A DNA stretch of 62,233 nt, filler included, from Choristocarpus tenellus KU-1152 (GCA_964200185.2; 13 parts of 13 records of this genome joined end to end with filler, not necessarily neighbours in it), one strand, 5' to 3'. Shown: positions 26,630-41,100, numbered from the whole stretch's first letter. Made by a program: numbers and translations. The notes: generated by a model from the sequence alone, not told the origin.

Positions 26630-29600
26630 ATGGATAACAGTGGTACGGAGATCATGGTTACGGGTAGGGCTGCAGCACCTGGGACTGAATCCGCCTTGTG
26701 TGAAGCTGGGTCTTGCGACGTGGAAGTACATGTTCTGCCAAGGGGCAGAGTTTCTCGCTTCTGCGTGTCCCACCAGCACCTGGAGGTCAGAGTGCGCAAC
26801 AACAAGGTGAGTTGAGCTCCATCGTATGTTTCACGATGGGACTGCTCTATTCTTGCATTCGTTCCTACCCTTGATTTATGCAGGATCTACCAGAAGACTC
26901 CAATCTAGCACCTACGATTATTTTTGTACTTCACCTTTGAGTGTAGACTATTTCGACCTGTATTATGTACTATACACTCGACTCCTAGTATTACTCAACT
27001 GTTTGCTCTATAAGTAATTACATTGCCTACGTTAAAGTTTGAGCCTTTCTTCTCACGCGTCTGGTTCAGCTATTCCTCCACTCGTCACTCCGCCTCCTCC
27101 AACGAATCTTGTCGTGGAATCGCCTTGACTACCTTCCCCAATGAAGCTGTGCGCCTAGTCGTTGAATTGCCATTTTTTTCGGTACAGAAGCGCACAGGAT
27201 ACAGGATAGTACAGATGTGCAATCCATGGTGCTCGTTACATCGACTTTAGATCGTAAAATGCCAGGTTTCCATGAGAGGAAGTCTGGGGTTAAGTGATTT
27301 CTAGCCTGAATATTCCTTCAACGGAACATTACCCATGTTACCTCGGATTTACCAGGACACTGGCCAAAAGGCTGACCCCACTCACATATCTACTCATTTT
27401 CTCATCTGCTTACGCCGTCCAATTTCTGTGTTGGAAAGTCCTGCATGGAAGCAGATTGTCAGAAAAACCCACATTATGGTGTGTCACGTCTTGTGGACCC
27501 TAACAGCAAAGCCGTGTACTGCTCGAGTCACAAAAAAAGAGGTGAGAGCAGACGAATGACAGTCAAGGGCGGAAAAAGTCTACTAAAATGTGCATATACG
27601 AACATACTGGTGGAGGGCATTGTGCTGAAACGGTTATAACCTGTTGCATGAAACTTGATTATGAGCGCCTGTAATATCACCCCCACACCAACTTGTCCAA
27701 TTTGGTTACACACTTTATTTCCAAGTTCAAATCTAGAACTTGTTGGTTGCTCCTCGTTCCCCTCACTATGTGTTGCCACCCATTCCGATAAACCATATAT
27801 AGGTATGATCAATATTCATGGGCGCAAGTGCCAGTTTAGGGGTTGCATGAAGCAACCACGTTTCGACTACACCGGTGGTAAGGGCAAGTTCTGCTCCGGA
27901 CATCGCTACAATGGCATGGTGGACGTTCTGTACAGAGTGAGATGCTGGTCCATACGTTTGTACTCCTGTCTGTGTTGCCGTGTTTCAAACGGCTACATGT
28001 TAAACATTTCTTGTACACCTCATAAACTTGCAGTACTATCATAGCTTGTTCACTGTCACCTGTTTTTCTGAAACGTGTGGGCTGTTGTATGGATAGGGTT
28101 TCAAGACACTAACAAAACCACGCATTTGTATCCCTCTTGATATATTCCGTTCCACTCAAGCCATGTGCTGCTGAAGGCTGCAAAAAGCATCCTCATTTTG
28201 GCTTGGAGACAGGGGGTCCCCGATACTGTGCTAGTCACCGTTTTCCCGGAATGGTGGATGTCAAGCACCCTAGATGCCACATCACTGGTTGTATGAACAT
28301 TCGCATGATTGGTGAGGATGGGCGCAAGGCTCGCTGCTGTGCATTCCACGAAGCTAGACTACACACAGAAAATGTATCTAACACTGACGGGAGTGCTACC
28401 CTCCAGCAAACCAACCCCACACCTCGAAGAGGTACTTCAGCTAGGTCAAGGTCGACCACTGCAAGTACCGTGCCTCCTACGAGAAGGGTGACAGATTCGG
28501 CAGCTGGACCTGAAAGGGTAAGAAGCAGACGACCTCAAAATCCTGATGTGGAGGTGGGGGCGAGGGTGCGGTCGACTAGAAAGCGCAAGGCTGAACCGAG
28601 CAGTAGGGTCTCAGCCATGCCGGTTAGTGAGGAAGCAAGAAGGGAGAGAGCCAATGCACTTCGAAGCGCGCGCAGGTGGGACACACTACACTCACTACTT
28701 AAGTACATTGCACATGACCAAAGTGTGGACCTTACTGAAAATGCTATTCGACCCTTTGCATGCCCGCTCCAAGCAGTGCTCGATACATGATCCAATTCAT
28801 GACATGGATACTACAGTTATTTTAGACAGAACACATCAGGCTCACAGTATGGCTCCCTTTGCTCTGCCTTTTCTTCTCATGGTCCATGTTAGGACGAGAC
28901 TCCACATCGTCACCTATGAAGAGCAAGACACCATGCCAGAAATTCCAGTATACTCTACCTCCTCGCCACTTGTAAAGGTGAAGACGAGCCCTGTCCTTAG
29001 CCCAGGTGTTGACACGCCTGCCTCATTTGTGGGATTCTCCCCAAGTATGCAGGAATCCCCTGAGAGAGACATGATTTTCTTTCCTCCTACGCCAAGAACG
29101 GAGGAGGTAAGGGTCTCTGCAGTACCTTTGTGTGCAGCAAGCAAGGTCAAAGAGGGTATCCCCCCTCCTCCCGCAGCGAAGACCTGCTTGCTTGGTGAGG
29201 TTCTCGATCAAGTCTTGAGCAGGCGCCAGAATGAGGTGACTGATAGCAGCAGTCATGATGCTGTGCTTGTCTCGGGACAAGGAGTTCAAAATACCTCAGG
29301 ATGGCTACCGTTTAGCAGTGCTGTAGTGGTTAATGGGACAGCTGAGGATGAGCGTGTCTACAAAGGTCAACAGACACCGTCTGCTCTGATTGGTGGTGGC
29401 AGTCAATGGTGTGGTTTGGAAGCAACAGGTTCTCATGGTTCTGGCAAGGCATCTGAAATAGATGCCTATAGTGGCAAGGGATATCGAGGTGGGTGTGGCA
29501 ATCTGCTCCAGAGTAGGTCTTTAGTGTCCTCTGAACATTTTCGTTTGATAGGGAGTGTGTACTATTCTCAATCATTATAGACTATTTTTATCATTATTAG

Positions 29601-30991
29601 CAATCCTAAAATGAGGTGCAGAAAAGTAATGAGGTACATCAAAATATCATGTGAATAATGAAATATCTTTGAGTGTGTTGTGCAGAATAGATGTTGGGAG
29701 AGAGGCACATAGGCGATTTCTCCTATTTCCATGTATATACATGTAGCCATAAGGTAACACTCCCCACTCCCTTCGTTCCCTTCGCCTGTATTTTTTTCTG
29801 ACCATAGCTGAGGAGTGCGATATCCCCAAGGTGTCTTCTGTTTCGAGCCTCCCATCTTCTACAAATGGGGTAAACTTTAGATCGTTCTGGGGAAAGCAGT
29901 ATGACGACCTGGCTGCTGAGCCTGGGCTGAAAAAATTTGACAGCCTACCTGAAGAAGTACACTTTTGTTCATCTCTCCCTTCACAACAGATTCAGGCTTT
30001 GGTACAAGGGTCACTATCACAGCTGAAGCAGGAAGATGCAAGTTCGAGTTGTTCGGGGAGCACAGCATACAGTTCTGTTCGTCAGCAAGGTTCCTCCTCA
30101 ATGGTAGACTGTTCGAAGTTTCTCAAGGATAGAAGTGGTATCGTGGGCGGCAATGGAAATGATAGCTTCACAGCAGATCGAAAATTCCTCTCTTTTTTGC
30201 AGTCGGAATATTGGGGTGATGGCCCTGTGGAGAAGGTAGGAGGTGCTACAACTGGGGTCTTGCATGGTAAGGCGACACCCTCCTCACTAGTGATGAATGG
30301 CTGTGAATCAGTTTTACAAAGGGAAGGGTCACCCAAAGATGTGAATCATTGCCAGTCATTTTCCCTGTCTGAAGGCAGGGCTTCATCCTCATTATTGGAG
30401 GAATGGCGAGGAGTTGGGTCAGAAGGAATGTTCACCGAGGTGTCGAAGAGCCAAACATCATCCCAGTCTGTTGACAAGTCCTCTTCCTTGCCACTATTGA
30501 AAGACTGGGGAGACATCATAGTGTTGGAAGGAAGATCCACAGAGGTCGCCCAGACCCAACCCTCACTCAGATCACCCTATGGATTGATTCCAGTGAGCGC
30601 TGTGGAGGTGAAAGCGGAGCACCTGCTGGATGACAGTTCTGATGATGTTATCATGGCACACCTAAGCAGGTTCACGTTGAAGAATGAAGGCCATAGGCTA
30701 CAATGTAAAAAAAACGCAGTAACAGCTGCAGTCGCAGCAGTCGCTGAGGCAGATAGGGGTATGGCAGTGACTTTGTCTCCATCGGTCACATCAACAGTAC
30801 CATTTGCTTGCCCACAAGGGTACCCTCCGCTCTCCGATGGAGTCATGTCCACTAACATGCTTTTCTCATCAGTAACAGATTTTGAGGGAGGTAAGGGCAA
30901 CAGTGCTTTGGGACCTCTACAATCCCCTCTGCCCATGCGTCTGTGTTCGGTACAAGGACCACAGCACCAGAGCTTTGAATGCGATTTCTGA
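26630..30991 (+). CDS. EsV-1-7 cysteine-rich repeat protein, about 902 aa, 6 exons
   Basis: Exons 26630-26806, 27439-27541, 27803-27936, 28161-28675, 28893-29488 and 29808-30991 total 2709 nt, all GT-AG and phase-matched. Five N-terminal C-x4-C..C-x2-H units (first degenerate) linked by GM(I/V)(N/D)(I/V), e.g. CAAEGCKKHPHFGLETGGPRYCASHRFPGMVDV. Long Ser-rich low-complexity tail. Confidence 0.88.
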
Positions 30992-33048
30992 TTAAAATGG
31001 TGCTTTGGAATGATAGTGTTCCCACTCTATGAGAGGTGAACAGCACCTTTGGTACTATTCGACTCGGTGCATATGTACAGTAACATCCCATTGGCTGAAT
31101 GAGGTGTGATCAAAAATTGACTAGCTGTCTTTTTTAGTGTGCTGTTGGAAGGTTGATGGGTTCACACACGATATGTGGGCTGTGACACGATCGCCACATA
31201 TGTGTGTGTGTGTGTGTTTGTGGTTGTGCTTATTCTGTTGGAAAGATAAGATTGTTGGACATAGGTTTCGCGAGTGCTCTTTTTAGTGGTTGCAGACAGA
31301 GGTTTTTGGTTGTGGAGAAGCTACCCTCAGAAATGCACAGTTTTTGGTGTGAGCAAGTTTACTTTGCTCACAAGATGTGCACTCCTTCCCACCTTGGGCA
31401 AACGTAACAATGATGGAAGTAGTGTGATTTTTCGTGCTGGTCAACCATAGGCTAGTATCCACACCCTCAAGTATTAAGATTTGATTTACGTGACATTTTC
31501 CCTAGTGTTATCATTTTGTAGTCAAGAGAGGATTGTTTATTACATTCTCCCCACCCCACTCCACCTAACGTTTTTCAAATGTACTGAACGTCCATGGCAG
31601 TTTAGCTTTATGCCTTATGGTTTGTGTTACTTCGTAAAGCAGCATTCCACTCTTAACTCTGTAGTGTGGTTCTGATCGGCAGGAGCTCTATATATTGTGT
31701 GCATGAGGTACTTTTTACGAAGATCTAGGCCTTTAAATGTGTGTTGTGTTCGTATGTCTCTGTTATGTTTTTTTTTTTTGTTAAGCCTTGGCACAGCACT
31801 CCAGTCTCGGCAGTGTGACTCAACTTGCTAGTTTCTTTCGTGTTGTGTTGGTTCTATATCTCCCCTATGATAAGTCAGATTTGTTCGGGTTCCTTTTGAC
31901 TTCCCTCCAGTGGGTGGCAAGACGACTGTGGTGTAGCTAGCAAGCATAGGTAATTGCATGATAGATTTATCACGGCAATGTCTTCCCTTTTCTCGAACAT
32001 TTTAGGTTTTCCTGAGATCATGTTCCTGGCATTTTCCCTTTTGCTTTTTTGCACCGCTTACACATGGTGAAAAAAGTACGATTGGAGAAAAGTTCTTGGT
32101 TGCAGATATCAAGCGGTCCTTTCTTGACTTCCATTCTTATCATTAGGTTTTAAGCGGTTGATAAGTTCAGCTTATATGACAGGTGTGTTGTGTTTAGGTG
32201 ATAGGCCCGCCGGGCAGGCCCCCAGCAACAATGTGTACAAACAGCATAGATGGATTGAAGTCCATTTATTATCATGTGTATCTGTAGGGAAAAGGGAACT
32301 GGAAGAACCAACAAGGATGGTTTCTCAGCTTCCTTTGGTTGATTGATGGCACGCATGCAAGCCAGTATATATGTTATTCCAACGAGTCATGAGGGTTGAT
32401 CTGCGTATAGGCGTTTTTTTTCTTTCCCCTGTTCACGTAGAGGGTGTAAGTCGGAAAGATGCAGGTAGATAGCGAGAAGCATAAATTCTTTTTTTGATTT
32501 GGTGTACGCCATTCTTCTTGTGAGTCCGTACGACGAGAATTAGCAAGCAATACTAATGCAACTATTAATCTTAAGTGTTGGTGTGCACACGCCAGCTCTA
32601 GTTCACATGGACATCAGCTGGATTTTAGAAAGTGTGCTGTGTGTACGGTAGAGCAGCAGCACCAGTTCATTGGTTGCGTTATGTGCGGTAGTATGTCCGA
32701 ATTCCTTTCGTTTTTTTGCGAATGGTTTTTGTCTTGATGAAAAAGACTACTGATGAATGACAGCTGGGTGAGGGCAGGGAACAGATGCAAATAGTGCATC
32801 CCAAGTCCTCATGTCTACCCGTGAGTATGCGTAGTTATTGCCTGCGTGGTGGAGGGGATGGACTGAGAGACCGCTCAAAATAGCACGTAATTCCTATTCT
32901 TGTTGCGTCTTCTGCATAACCTAGTGAGGAAGCAAATAGTGATACACCAATTAATTACATTTAGGTAATAGATTGAACCAGTGCAAATAAATATACTCTA
33001 ATGAAGCAACAATACGAACACATTTCAATAGTGTACAACAGTACCTCA

Positions 33049-33312
33049 GAGCCGAACCAATTAATTGAAAGGTTGGCAACCTTGCATTTTACGGACCCTG
33101 AGAAAGAGAAAGAATATGTGATTTTGTACAATTGTTGCAGAGTTTTTGCTGAATTGTGGTGTCACTTTGTGTGTGGAAGGAGGGAATATCTATTTTGCAT
33201 ACTCTACTGTGGACAACGAATTAGATTGTATTGGATGGGTTGAGAAATGTTATGACTCAGAATGCAAAAAAAGGGTCGAAACCTGCTTACCTCTCAATTA
33301 GTTTGTTCTCTT
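33049..33312. mobile_element. Old MITE-like element (third family)
   Basis: Imperfect ~25-bp inverted ends: GAACCAATTAATTGAAAGGTTGGCA versus revcomp GAACAAACTAATTGAGAGGTAAGCA. Single copy, no TSD found. Confidence 0.4.
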
Positions 33313-33424
33313 CGCTAATCGTGTGTCTCATTTATTCTTGCAATTAAAAAATAATATATAGCAACAGTACATGTACTACTAATAATAGAGACGTACACCA
33401 TGATACATAATAGTAAAGAGAAAG

Positions 33425-33510
33425 AATAGGGGTTATACTGACTGTGTATAGTTTTCATTGGTTTCCCCCCTGACACATCCGTATAATGTCAGAGGGCATA
33501 ATAATAAAAG
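33425..33510 (+). repeat. Solo copy of the LINE 3' stem-loop with a (TAA)n tail
   Basis: TTGGTTTCCCCCCTGACACATCCGTATAATGTCAGAGGGCATAATAATAAAAG; reverse complement of the units at 2281-2476. Confidence 0.75.
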
Positions 33511-34764
33511 TAATGAGAAAGACCATCATATCTGTTATGACTCTTGCAAAAATGAACACACTACCCTCCTCGTTGTGGCACGCATTTTGTATTCACTTTT
33601 TTCTCAGTATTATAATATATTAATTATATGATCATTTCCTGTGACATTTTATGGATGTATCACGAAGAAACCAAAACTTTATCGCAAGGACAACTACAGG
33701 TTCAAGAGTTATCGTCAATGCAAAAGATACATAACCTCCCCCTAAAACGCACTTTTGAATACTAACGATACGACGACACAAATGCCCCCTATTAAGTGAT
33801 TGCTCACCTTATGGTTTTTTAAATATCTGCACTGTTGCATGTTTTAACCTAGCTTAGATGTACGAAGGTGGGCGAGGACTTAGCGAAGCATCTCAAGAAT
33901 CTGACAGTCCCCTTTTTGCGCATCTGCTCCGTGTCTCTAGATTGAAACGCACTACGTGTCTCGAGAGATTCACCTGTGCACTGACAAACACTAACTGTCT
34001 CAACCGAGACTTGAGAGCCCCTTTCCTACAATAATATCATCTAACCCCTTTACCCTCTACTGCGTGGGTGGCTAACTCATCTAAGAATGTCTCTGCCTGC
34101 TTTCTGAGACACCCAAAACTTTCCAACATGAACGTGTAAAAGTATTAAATAATGGTAGTCTTCATGCATGTATGTAATGTGATAAAATTTTGTAACCGAA
34201 AATTCTTTTGGTGAACGAAAACTGTTGTTGAAGAAATTCCAAGTTAGTGTGCACTTTATTTTTTTTTAGTGAGTCTACGCAGTGGCAGTACCAACAAGTA
34301 TTTCCACCACTAAAGTACTTCATAATACAAAATTCTTTTTCAATTTTAAACCACCAATAGATCTCTCCATCTCCCCATCCCTCCACCATCTCATCATCCT
34401 CCCCTAATAGAAAAGGTGATCAAAGCGACTCTTCCCTATATCAATTCGAGAGTGCGAACACCGTCGACACCAGAAAACTTCTTTCAGGGAAATCTGGTTT
34501 TGATGATCCAATTCCATGTGGAAAGCAGAACGGATTGTACACCTCTTACCAAGCCTGTGTACTATCCTGTTTGTGGTCGTACTACAAAAATAAAAAAGCA
34601 GGACGAAATTTGGAGTGGAAGATTGGGTGCAGGTCCCCAAATTTGGTTCAGCAGATAGATGCGGAGGAGATGGAGCGAGGAGTGTTGGGAGTGGTGAACC
34701 AAAAGATGCGGGAAGCAAGGAAGGAATAGAGGCAGTATAATTAGTCGTAGCGCAACAGCAGTAA

Positions 34765-34832
34765 GGGTTAGGGTTAGTAGTATTTTTAGTTGTAGTTAGT
34801 ATGAGAAGGGTTAGGGTTAGGGTTAGGGTTAG
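34765..34832 (+). repeat. Interstitial TTAGGG tracts
   Basis: GGGTTAGGGTTAG, then (GGGTTA)4. Confidence 0.85.
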
Positions 34833-36260
34833 TAGTGCAGCGCGTAGCACCTCTGGCGACAGGGCTTTAGTCCACAGACTATGGTGTACTGCACTAAGAA
34901 TGCACTAATATCCCAAAAAATCAAGTCATACAGACTCCACCTACACAATCCCGAAATATCCACTCAACTCATGCCATGCAAAGAAAGAAAGGCGACAAAG
35001 AAAGGGAAGAGAAAAGAAAGACACCAGGAAACCAACCCAAAAGGAGAGAAACACAACTAATAATGAGAGCAGAATTTAGTAGGCAGTGATGGTGGTGATT
35101 CACTAGGTTGCCTTTCCTGCTACTATTGCATGATGTACATCAGCTATTCTCGCACCTTTCCTTGGAATGCTTTTTGTCATGAAGCTTGTTGTGCTGCCAA
35201 CCACCCAATCCTGTCACATGTGCTGGTTGGTTGTCCTTGTGGTCCATCCCTTGATGATTGTGGTCCTCAAATCCTCTGTGAAGGCATTTGGTTGCAAATG
35301 GTTTAAAAAAGGTGGGACTCGCAACGTTTGTGGGTGTGGAAAATCCTCCCATCCACCCATTTTTTTTTTACAGGAAGGTTTCGTTCTTAGAATTATACAG
35401 ATGATACTACTACCAACATTTTTTATCGGTTCAATTGGTCTACTGGTCCGATCGTAAAATGACTGCAAAATTGTTGAAATGTGACGCTATGTATATTTTA
35501 TGATGGTGGTCGTCATATACGTTGTACTACGTAGAATACGGCTGCGGCAATTCTACTTCGACTTGTGAAAGTGAAAGAAATGGTGTGGTACCTTCACGTC
35601 ATTGCCGCCATTGGATTCTGTATCTGAAAGTCCGAAGAAAATGCCAGGACCAGACTAGGTCAGTTGGAGGGCATACATTTGTTGTATGGAGTGAAGTAGT
35701 TTGTGTCTTCAGTTAGTTGAGTCTTGATGCATAGATACATTCCTGTTTCTGACATCTCCCTGACAATTCAACTGTCCTGACCTGGGTTCCCCTGTGTCGC
35801 CGCAACCTTCCTTCATCACTGCTCCTACCACTGTCACTACCTCCCGCTACCCCTGCTGCCATTACTGCCCTCGTCGCTCATTGCACCTCAATGATATTTG
35901 TGTTGGTTGTCTTCTTGACTTATGGGTCAGTTGAGACTGTAGTGCATCATGTCCAAGGTTCTCCACATTAATATATATACAGTACCTACACCGATTTTGT
36001 TCACCCATGGGTATGCCCTAAAAAGCGGCACAGAATCTATATGGTATAATATCGATTTTGTAGTAATTAGGGTTAGGGTTAGCTGGGAATCAATCGTCAG
36101 AGCAACTAATAATCGTGGTGAGCTGGGAAATCAATCGTCGAAGCGACTAATTAATCGTGGNNNNNNNNNNNNNNNNNNNNNNNNNNNNNNNNNNNNNNNN
36201 NNNNTTAATTAATTAANNNNNNNNNNNNNNNNNNNNNNNNNNNNNNNNNNNNNNNNNNNN

Positions 36261-36650
36261 ATTCTCTTCTTCTTTCTTTTCTATCCCCACATTCTTGTCC
36301 TGTGCCCCCAGCCAACCTGAATTCTCCCTCCCACAAAACTCAGTTTACTTCATAAACTATCACTTAAAGGCTAAAAAAGGAAAAGAACAGGAATTGTTTT
36401 TGTTAGAAGAGGACAAATTCAGTCCAAAGTTCCACTACTAAGACCAAACTGTTGAACAGATGTGATGCAAATAATGGAAAAATGTATATTTTAGTATTTC
36501 GTGAGTTTGGAGCGCACAGCAGGAGGAAATATATTTTGGTGCTTTCTGTACAATTAATACTATTTCCATTATTATACTCTGACATTTTTCAGATGTGTCA
36601 GTAAGGGGGAAAACCAAAGAAAACTATATACATTGTCAGTATAAGCCCTA
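36261..36650. repeat. Two fragments of the LINE 3'-end family in opposite orientations
   Basis: 36261-36385 matches the reverse complement of 2476-2580 and ends in an A-tract. 36575-36650 carries the CTGACA..TGTCAG hairpin unit. Confidence 0.7.
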
Positions 36651-36727
36651 AAGAAATAAAATGTCATAAAATGTGAAATATACTAAATCCATCACTTACT
36701 TCACCACTATGTTGTACTACTGCCTTC

Positions 36728-37230
36728 CTGTGTCTCCAATCTACCTATACCTGTGTCTCCAATCTACCTATACCTGTGCCTCGGGGGGATGAGCTAGGGA
36801 GGCACCCCAAGAATCCGATAAACCCCTCCGTGCCCATCTCCCTGGTGATTCTACTCCTTTCCTGCTATATCCTCCCGCTCCTCCCCCCCCTACCATGTGA
36901 GTAAACAGCTCATCCAGGAAGCATTCCGCTTGCTTGCCGAGGCGCCAAAAAAATTCCACCATGAAGGTGTTGAGGCTATAACTACGAGGATCAAAAGAGC
37001 CCTTGTAGTGGGTGCACTTTCGCGCCTCGGCTGCAGCTGTAGTTACACCATTGCTGGTGGATGAGTGGGTAAGGTGGGAGGTTGCCTGTACCTCTGCGAA
37101 GGTGACATCTAGGAGAAGGCCTTTGTCCCTGTAGGGTCCTGTTCCGACGTCCGCCAGTGCCCCTGCATGGAAGACTAGATCCATGCGGAGATTCCTGTCC
37201 ACTGTGAAAGGACTATCATACTCCATAGTG
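36728..37230 (-). mobile_element. 5'-truncated CRE-type non-LTR retrotransposon: restriction-like endonuclease (RLE) domain
   Basis: RMDL..LLDVT..AAAEARK..HY..VEFFWRLGKQAE.FLDEL fits the RLE pattern R(P)D..D.T..E..K..Y..E..G..G..A. A 23-bp tandem duplication lies at the 3' end (36727-36778). Confidence 0.75.
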
Positions 37231-38183
37231 CATTAATTATATCATATTTGTGGTATGAAAGGAACGAATGTTGAAAGTCTAATTCGTACAACAAGAATCA
37301 AATGATTTTGCTCGCGAAATTCTCAATAGAACAGTTGCATGTTGAAGTCCCTTTAGAATGGAAAGAGGTATTATATATCACTACTAATAATAGTATACTA
37401 CAAAATTATTCTTCAATCTTGATGTTAGTATTTCCATTGTTGAATACATCTACACACATTAAGAAGTCTAACGTTCCTCTTTTATGTGAGAGAGTACTTT
37501 CCAAAGGTCTTCAAATATTGGTACAAAATCCGTCAATTCAAGGCAAACACCTATGACTACATTGTAAGGTATCAAGAAATCCAACAACCACAGTTCATAA
37601 TAACCCGAAAATAGTACAAAGGTGCATTTTATATGTACACAAGACAAAATATGTGAGAGATTTTCATAAAAGATACATGTCCACCTACCTGTTTGTATGT
37701 AAATGGAGCTTTGATTCTGTGAGTTGTGGATGTGAGGATGGACTCTTGAGAAATCGGAAGGAAGGACAAGAGACAAGTAGATGTTTTGCTTCCGATTTCT
37801 AACAGATGTTTGTTTCCTAAGTCGCAAAAAGTCCTTCCTTATAACCCAACTAACAAAATCTAACCTCTACTAATTCATGGTAAAAAATTAAGACCAATAC
37901 AAGAACACTATAATTGAGTTGTTTATCTCCATGGAAGCATGATATTGGAGATAATACGTATGCCAACAAAAGAAATCGACGAATCTTGTAACTACTTCAA
38001 GTATAGAATGGATCTAGGACGAGCGGATTTGGGATTTGTAGATAACAGTATCATTTCGCAGCATTGTTACTAACTCCTATCCTAGATTTCAATTTTTCTC
38101 AACACCTTAAGTCTCTATGTTTAAATGTGATCCACCCTTCACGACACACAATAGATTAGAGCTCTAGTCAACAAGGCATTTCA

Positions 38184-41100
38184 ATGATGGCGAGTGCCTT
38201 GTTGATATACGTTGACATTGTGTTAGTGGTTCGTTTGTTCATTGTGGCTGACGCGTCTTATACGACAATACTTGGTCACCAAGGGATCACCTTCCGAGCA
38301 GTGAAGTACTTGACCTCCCTGTCGTCAGAGAGAAGTGGAAGAAGTAATGACCATACCATCGGGGACTGTGCCGTGATTGATGTTAGAGCTGTGCCACCGA
38401 GATTTAGGTAAGGAAATGATCACACTTGGTCGAACCCAGTACAATACACGTCAAATCTACGAAACGTCATAACATTACAGCCGTCCCCCTTTTTGGATCT
38501 ACAGAACAATCCACCTTCATCTGTTCTTCATGAGTCTTGCGATGGGACTCGAGTCGGCACTTAATATTGCCATGAACTTTGTGGCCAAAACGGATCAATC
38601 ATGCAAGGTTCAGCACGCTGTTATGGAGTTCCTCTCCTTGTTGGGTGTCTTGTTCTTGATACTATTTCTCCTGTCGAAGCTGGATGTTACCAACTCTCAT
38701 CACGTAGTACAACCTCTGCGTTTGGAGCAAGGGATTGTGCGCTTGACCAAAGCAGTGGCTTTCGTCATCTACCCCACCCTGGCTGTGTACCTCGGCTTCG
38801 AACTAACTCCCAATGTGAACAGTAATGTAAGCGAGTGACAGGCCTGGCACTATTCATCGCCTTTACATTCAACTTCGATCATTTTTTTGTACACATATCC
38901 CTGTGACACATCTACACCAAAGAATCACAAACACCCTACACCATCCGAGAGGCAACCACCATATCTCCCTAAGATGGAATAAGGTTGGTAACCTTCACAT
39001 TTCACAACTTGTGCATCGACAAGACCTACCCGCACTATCAGAATTGTTACTATTTGACTTTGACCTCTACTGTAGTCTTTGTTACTCAGAACTTGCTCGG
39101 ACTGGTCGTGTTAGGACTGGCGAAATTATCTGGTCGGTCCAAAGACAACTTCAACTTTGAAGAGGGTGTCCCCTAAGGGTCTAGTCTACTGGTGTAATGC
39201 TCTGATCCCTATTAGGAGAGAAACCCTTCACATTTATGGGAAATTGTCACAACTTTATAACAATATTGCCAAACTTAGATTTAGGTTACAGTTAAGATTA
39301 TGACTTTAGTTAGTGTAACTCACACAATAAGCAACTGAAAGATTTTCCACCTTAAAGTCGTTGATGCAAGCAGTAGCGTATTACTTCCGACCCAAAGTAT
39401 CTGGGGCGGCGGGGGGGGTCTACACCAGGGTGTCCATTTGTTCCCAAATCAGGAAAAGTGCATTTACACTATCCATCCGACGTATGAAACCCAAATCACC
39501 CAAAATCACGACATGAAAAAATTGACCCCAAATGGACAGCCACCACCCCCTAGATAATTTGAGCCTTCCCCTCGTAAAATTGAACATGATTGTTTGACAA
39601 ACAAGATACTTCAACCAGGCTCATCATTCCTTCGTTGATAATCCGCCTTTGTTGAGCAGGGGGAATGTGGTATCCCAAAGGGGGCTGATTCCTTAGGAGA
39701 CCATGATGCAATTATTGCTATTTCAGTTGCTGGGTTAGTGGTGGAGATTTTCCAGGTGGGATTCTTGACATGTGTCGCAGCTGGTTGTGATTCCCATTGA
39801 ATCCAACCAAGACCACTCAGTACTATCGCTTCATTTTTTTCTACTTATTTTCAATAACATAAGAGCTCTAGGAAAGGGGCTCCACAGCAACGTATTGTTG
39901 CTGATTCGAATTCTTGTACTATATACTGTCGTGCACTTTGAGATACTGATCTGTACGAGATTTAGCCTGCTACCCATACGTATGGCAAGATAGTGTCTGA
40001 TGTGGTTGAAATGTTTGCTGACCTCCTCTCATAGATGTCGGTGTAAATCAGTGCCTTGCAATATTCTGCTGGTAGAAATAGTATCTTGCAATTGAGAAAG
40101 AAATCGTTTTTCGTTCGACTCAGTAGTAACAGCATTGTACCTGCCCAAATAACCAAATGGCCACCATAGAGCATGAACTAAGACCATGCACATGGTACAA
40201 TTACTTTATATTGTTAATTATGAGTGTAGCCAGTATGCCTCCGAACAAGATACACCAATTTCTTACTCAGCGTCTTGTCAGCAGATCCTGGAATGTCAAA
40301 CACAAGCGGCATTTGTTGAAGGAAGACATTCATGGAGACAAACTGCTACTTTTTGGGATGTAGCAGCAGTTTGTGGTAGGGTAGGCTAAGAAAATTTATC
40401 TGGTGAACATTGCAAGGATGAAATCTAAGCATGGAAAAGACGATTGCTAGTGTCCTCATAGCATGAAAACTCTCTCCAATCTAACTGCCTGATCTCTTTT
40501 TTGTTGCTTTTCTCTGGAAAGCAAGATTGTCGTCGATGCAAGAAAACACCAGCAATATGGAGGAAGACTTGACTATCATTCCTGTAGATGTTTGTGGACT
40601 AAATTTCACATTGTCAATTTTCACTTTTTTCTTAGGAGCGAAGATGGATGGAACTCTGGCATATAGAACTATACACTTCAAAATATGTTCCAAGTTCTAT
40701 TTTGTGCTGCTCCTCTCACTGTTGCTACTAGCGTTCTCTTGGAAGTTCCAGATTAAACAATGGGTTGCTCAGCTTTCGCCCCAGTACATCTTGTCATTCA
40801 GTTCCTAGAGGATGGACTAAATTTCAAGGTAGTTACTGGAGCTCTGTGGGTTTCTTGAAGAAGTCAAAAATCGTTAGGCAATCCGTCGAATCAAGAGTCT
40901 CATTAGTATCTGAACTACCAGTAATGATGAGGCAAATATGAATTCATCAACACTAATCGACTAATTCTTGGGACATATCCCCCTCCCCAATACCAACAAT
41001 GTAACTAGCTGTAGTCAGCTGCACGTCGATGATTGCCAATGTATGTCACCATCCTATGCGCTTGTACTCTGGCATGTATCTCTGGGTGATGACAGGGCGA

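Noticed and set aside
28546-29580. 344-aa, 217-aa and 386-aa ORFs as separate genes
   Set aside because: They splice in phase into the single EsV-1-7 gene, and their N-termini are intronic or off-frame.
26630-30991. Integrated phaeovirus (endogenous viral element)
   Set aside because: The gene has five spliceosomal introns, and no viral hallmark genes or gene-dense intronless region lie nearby.
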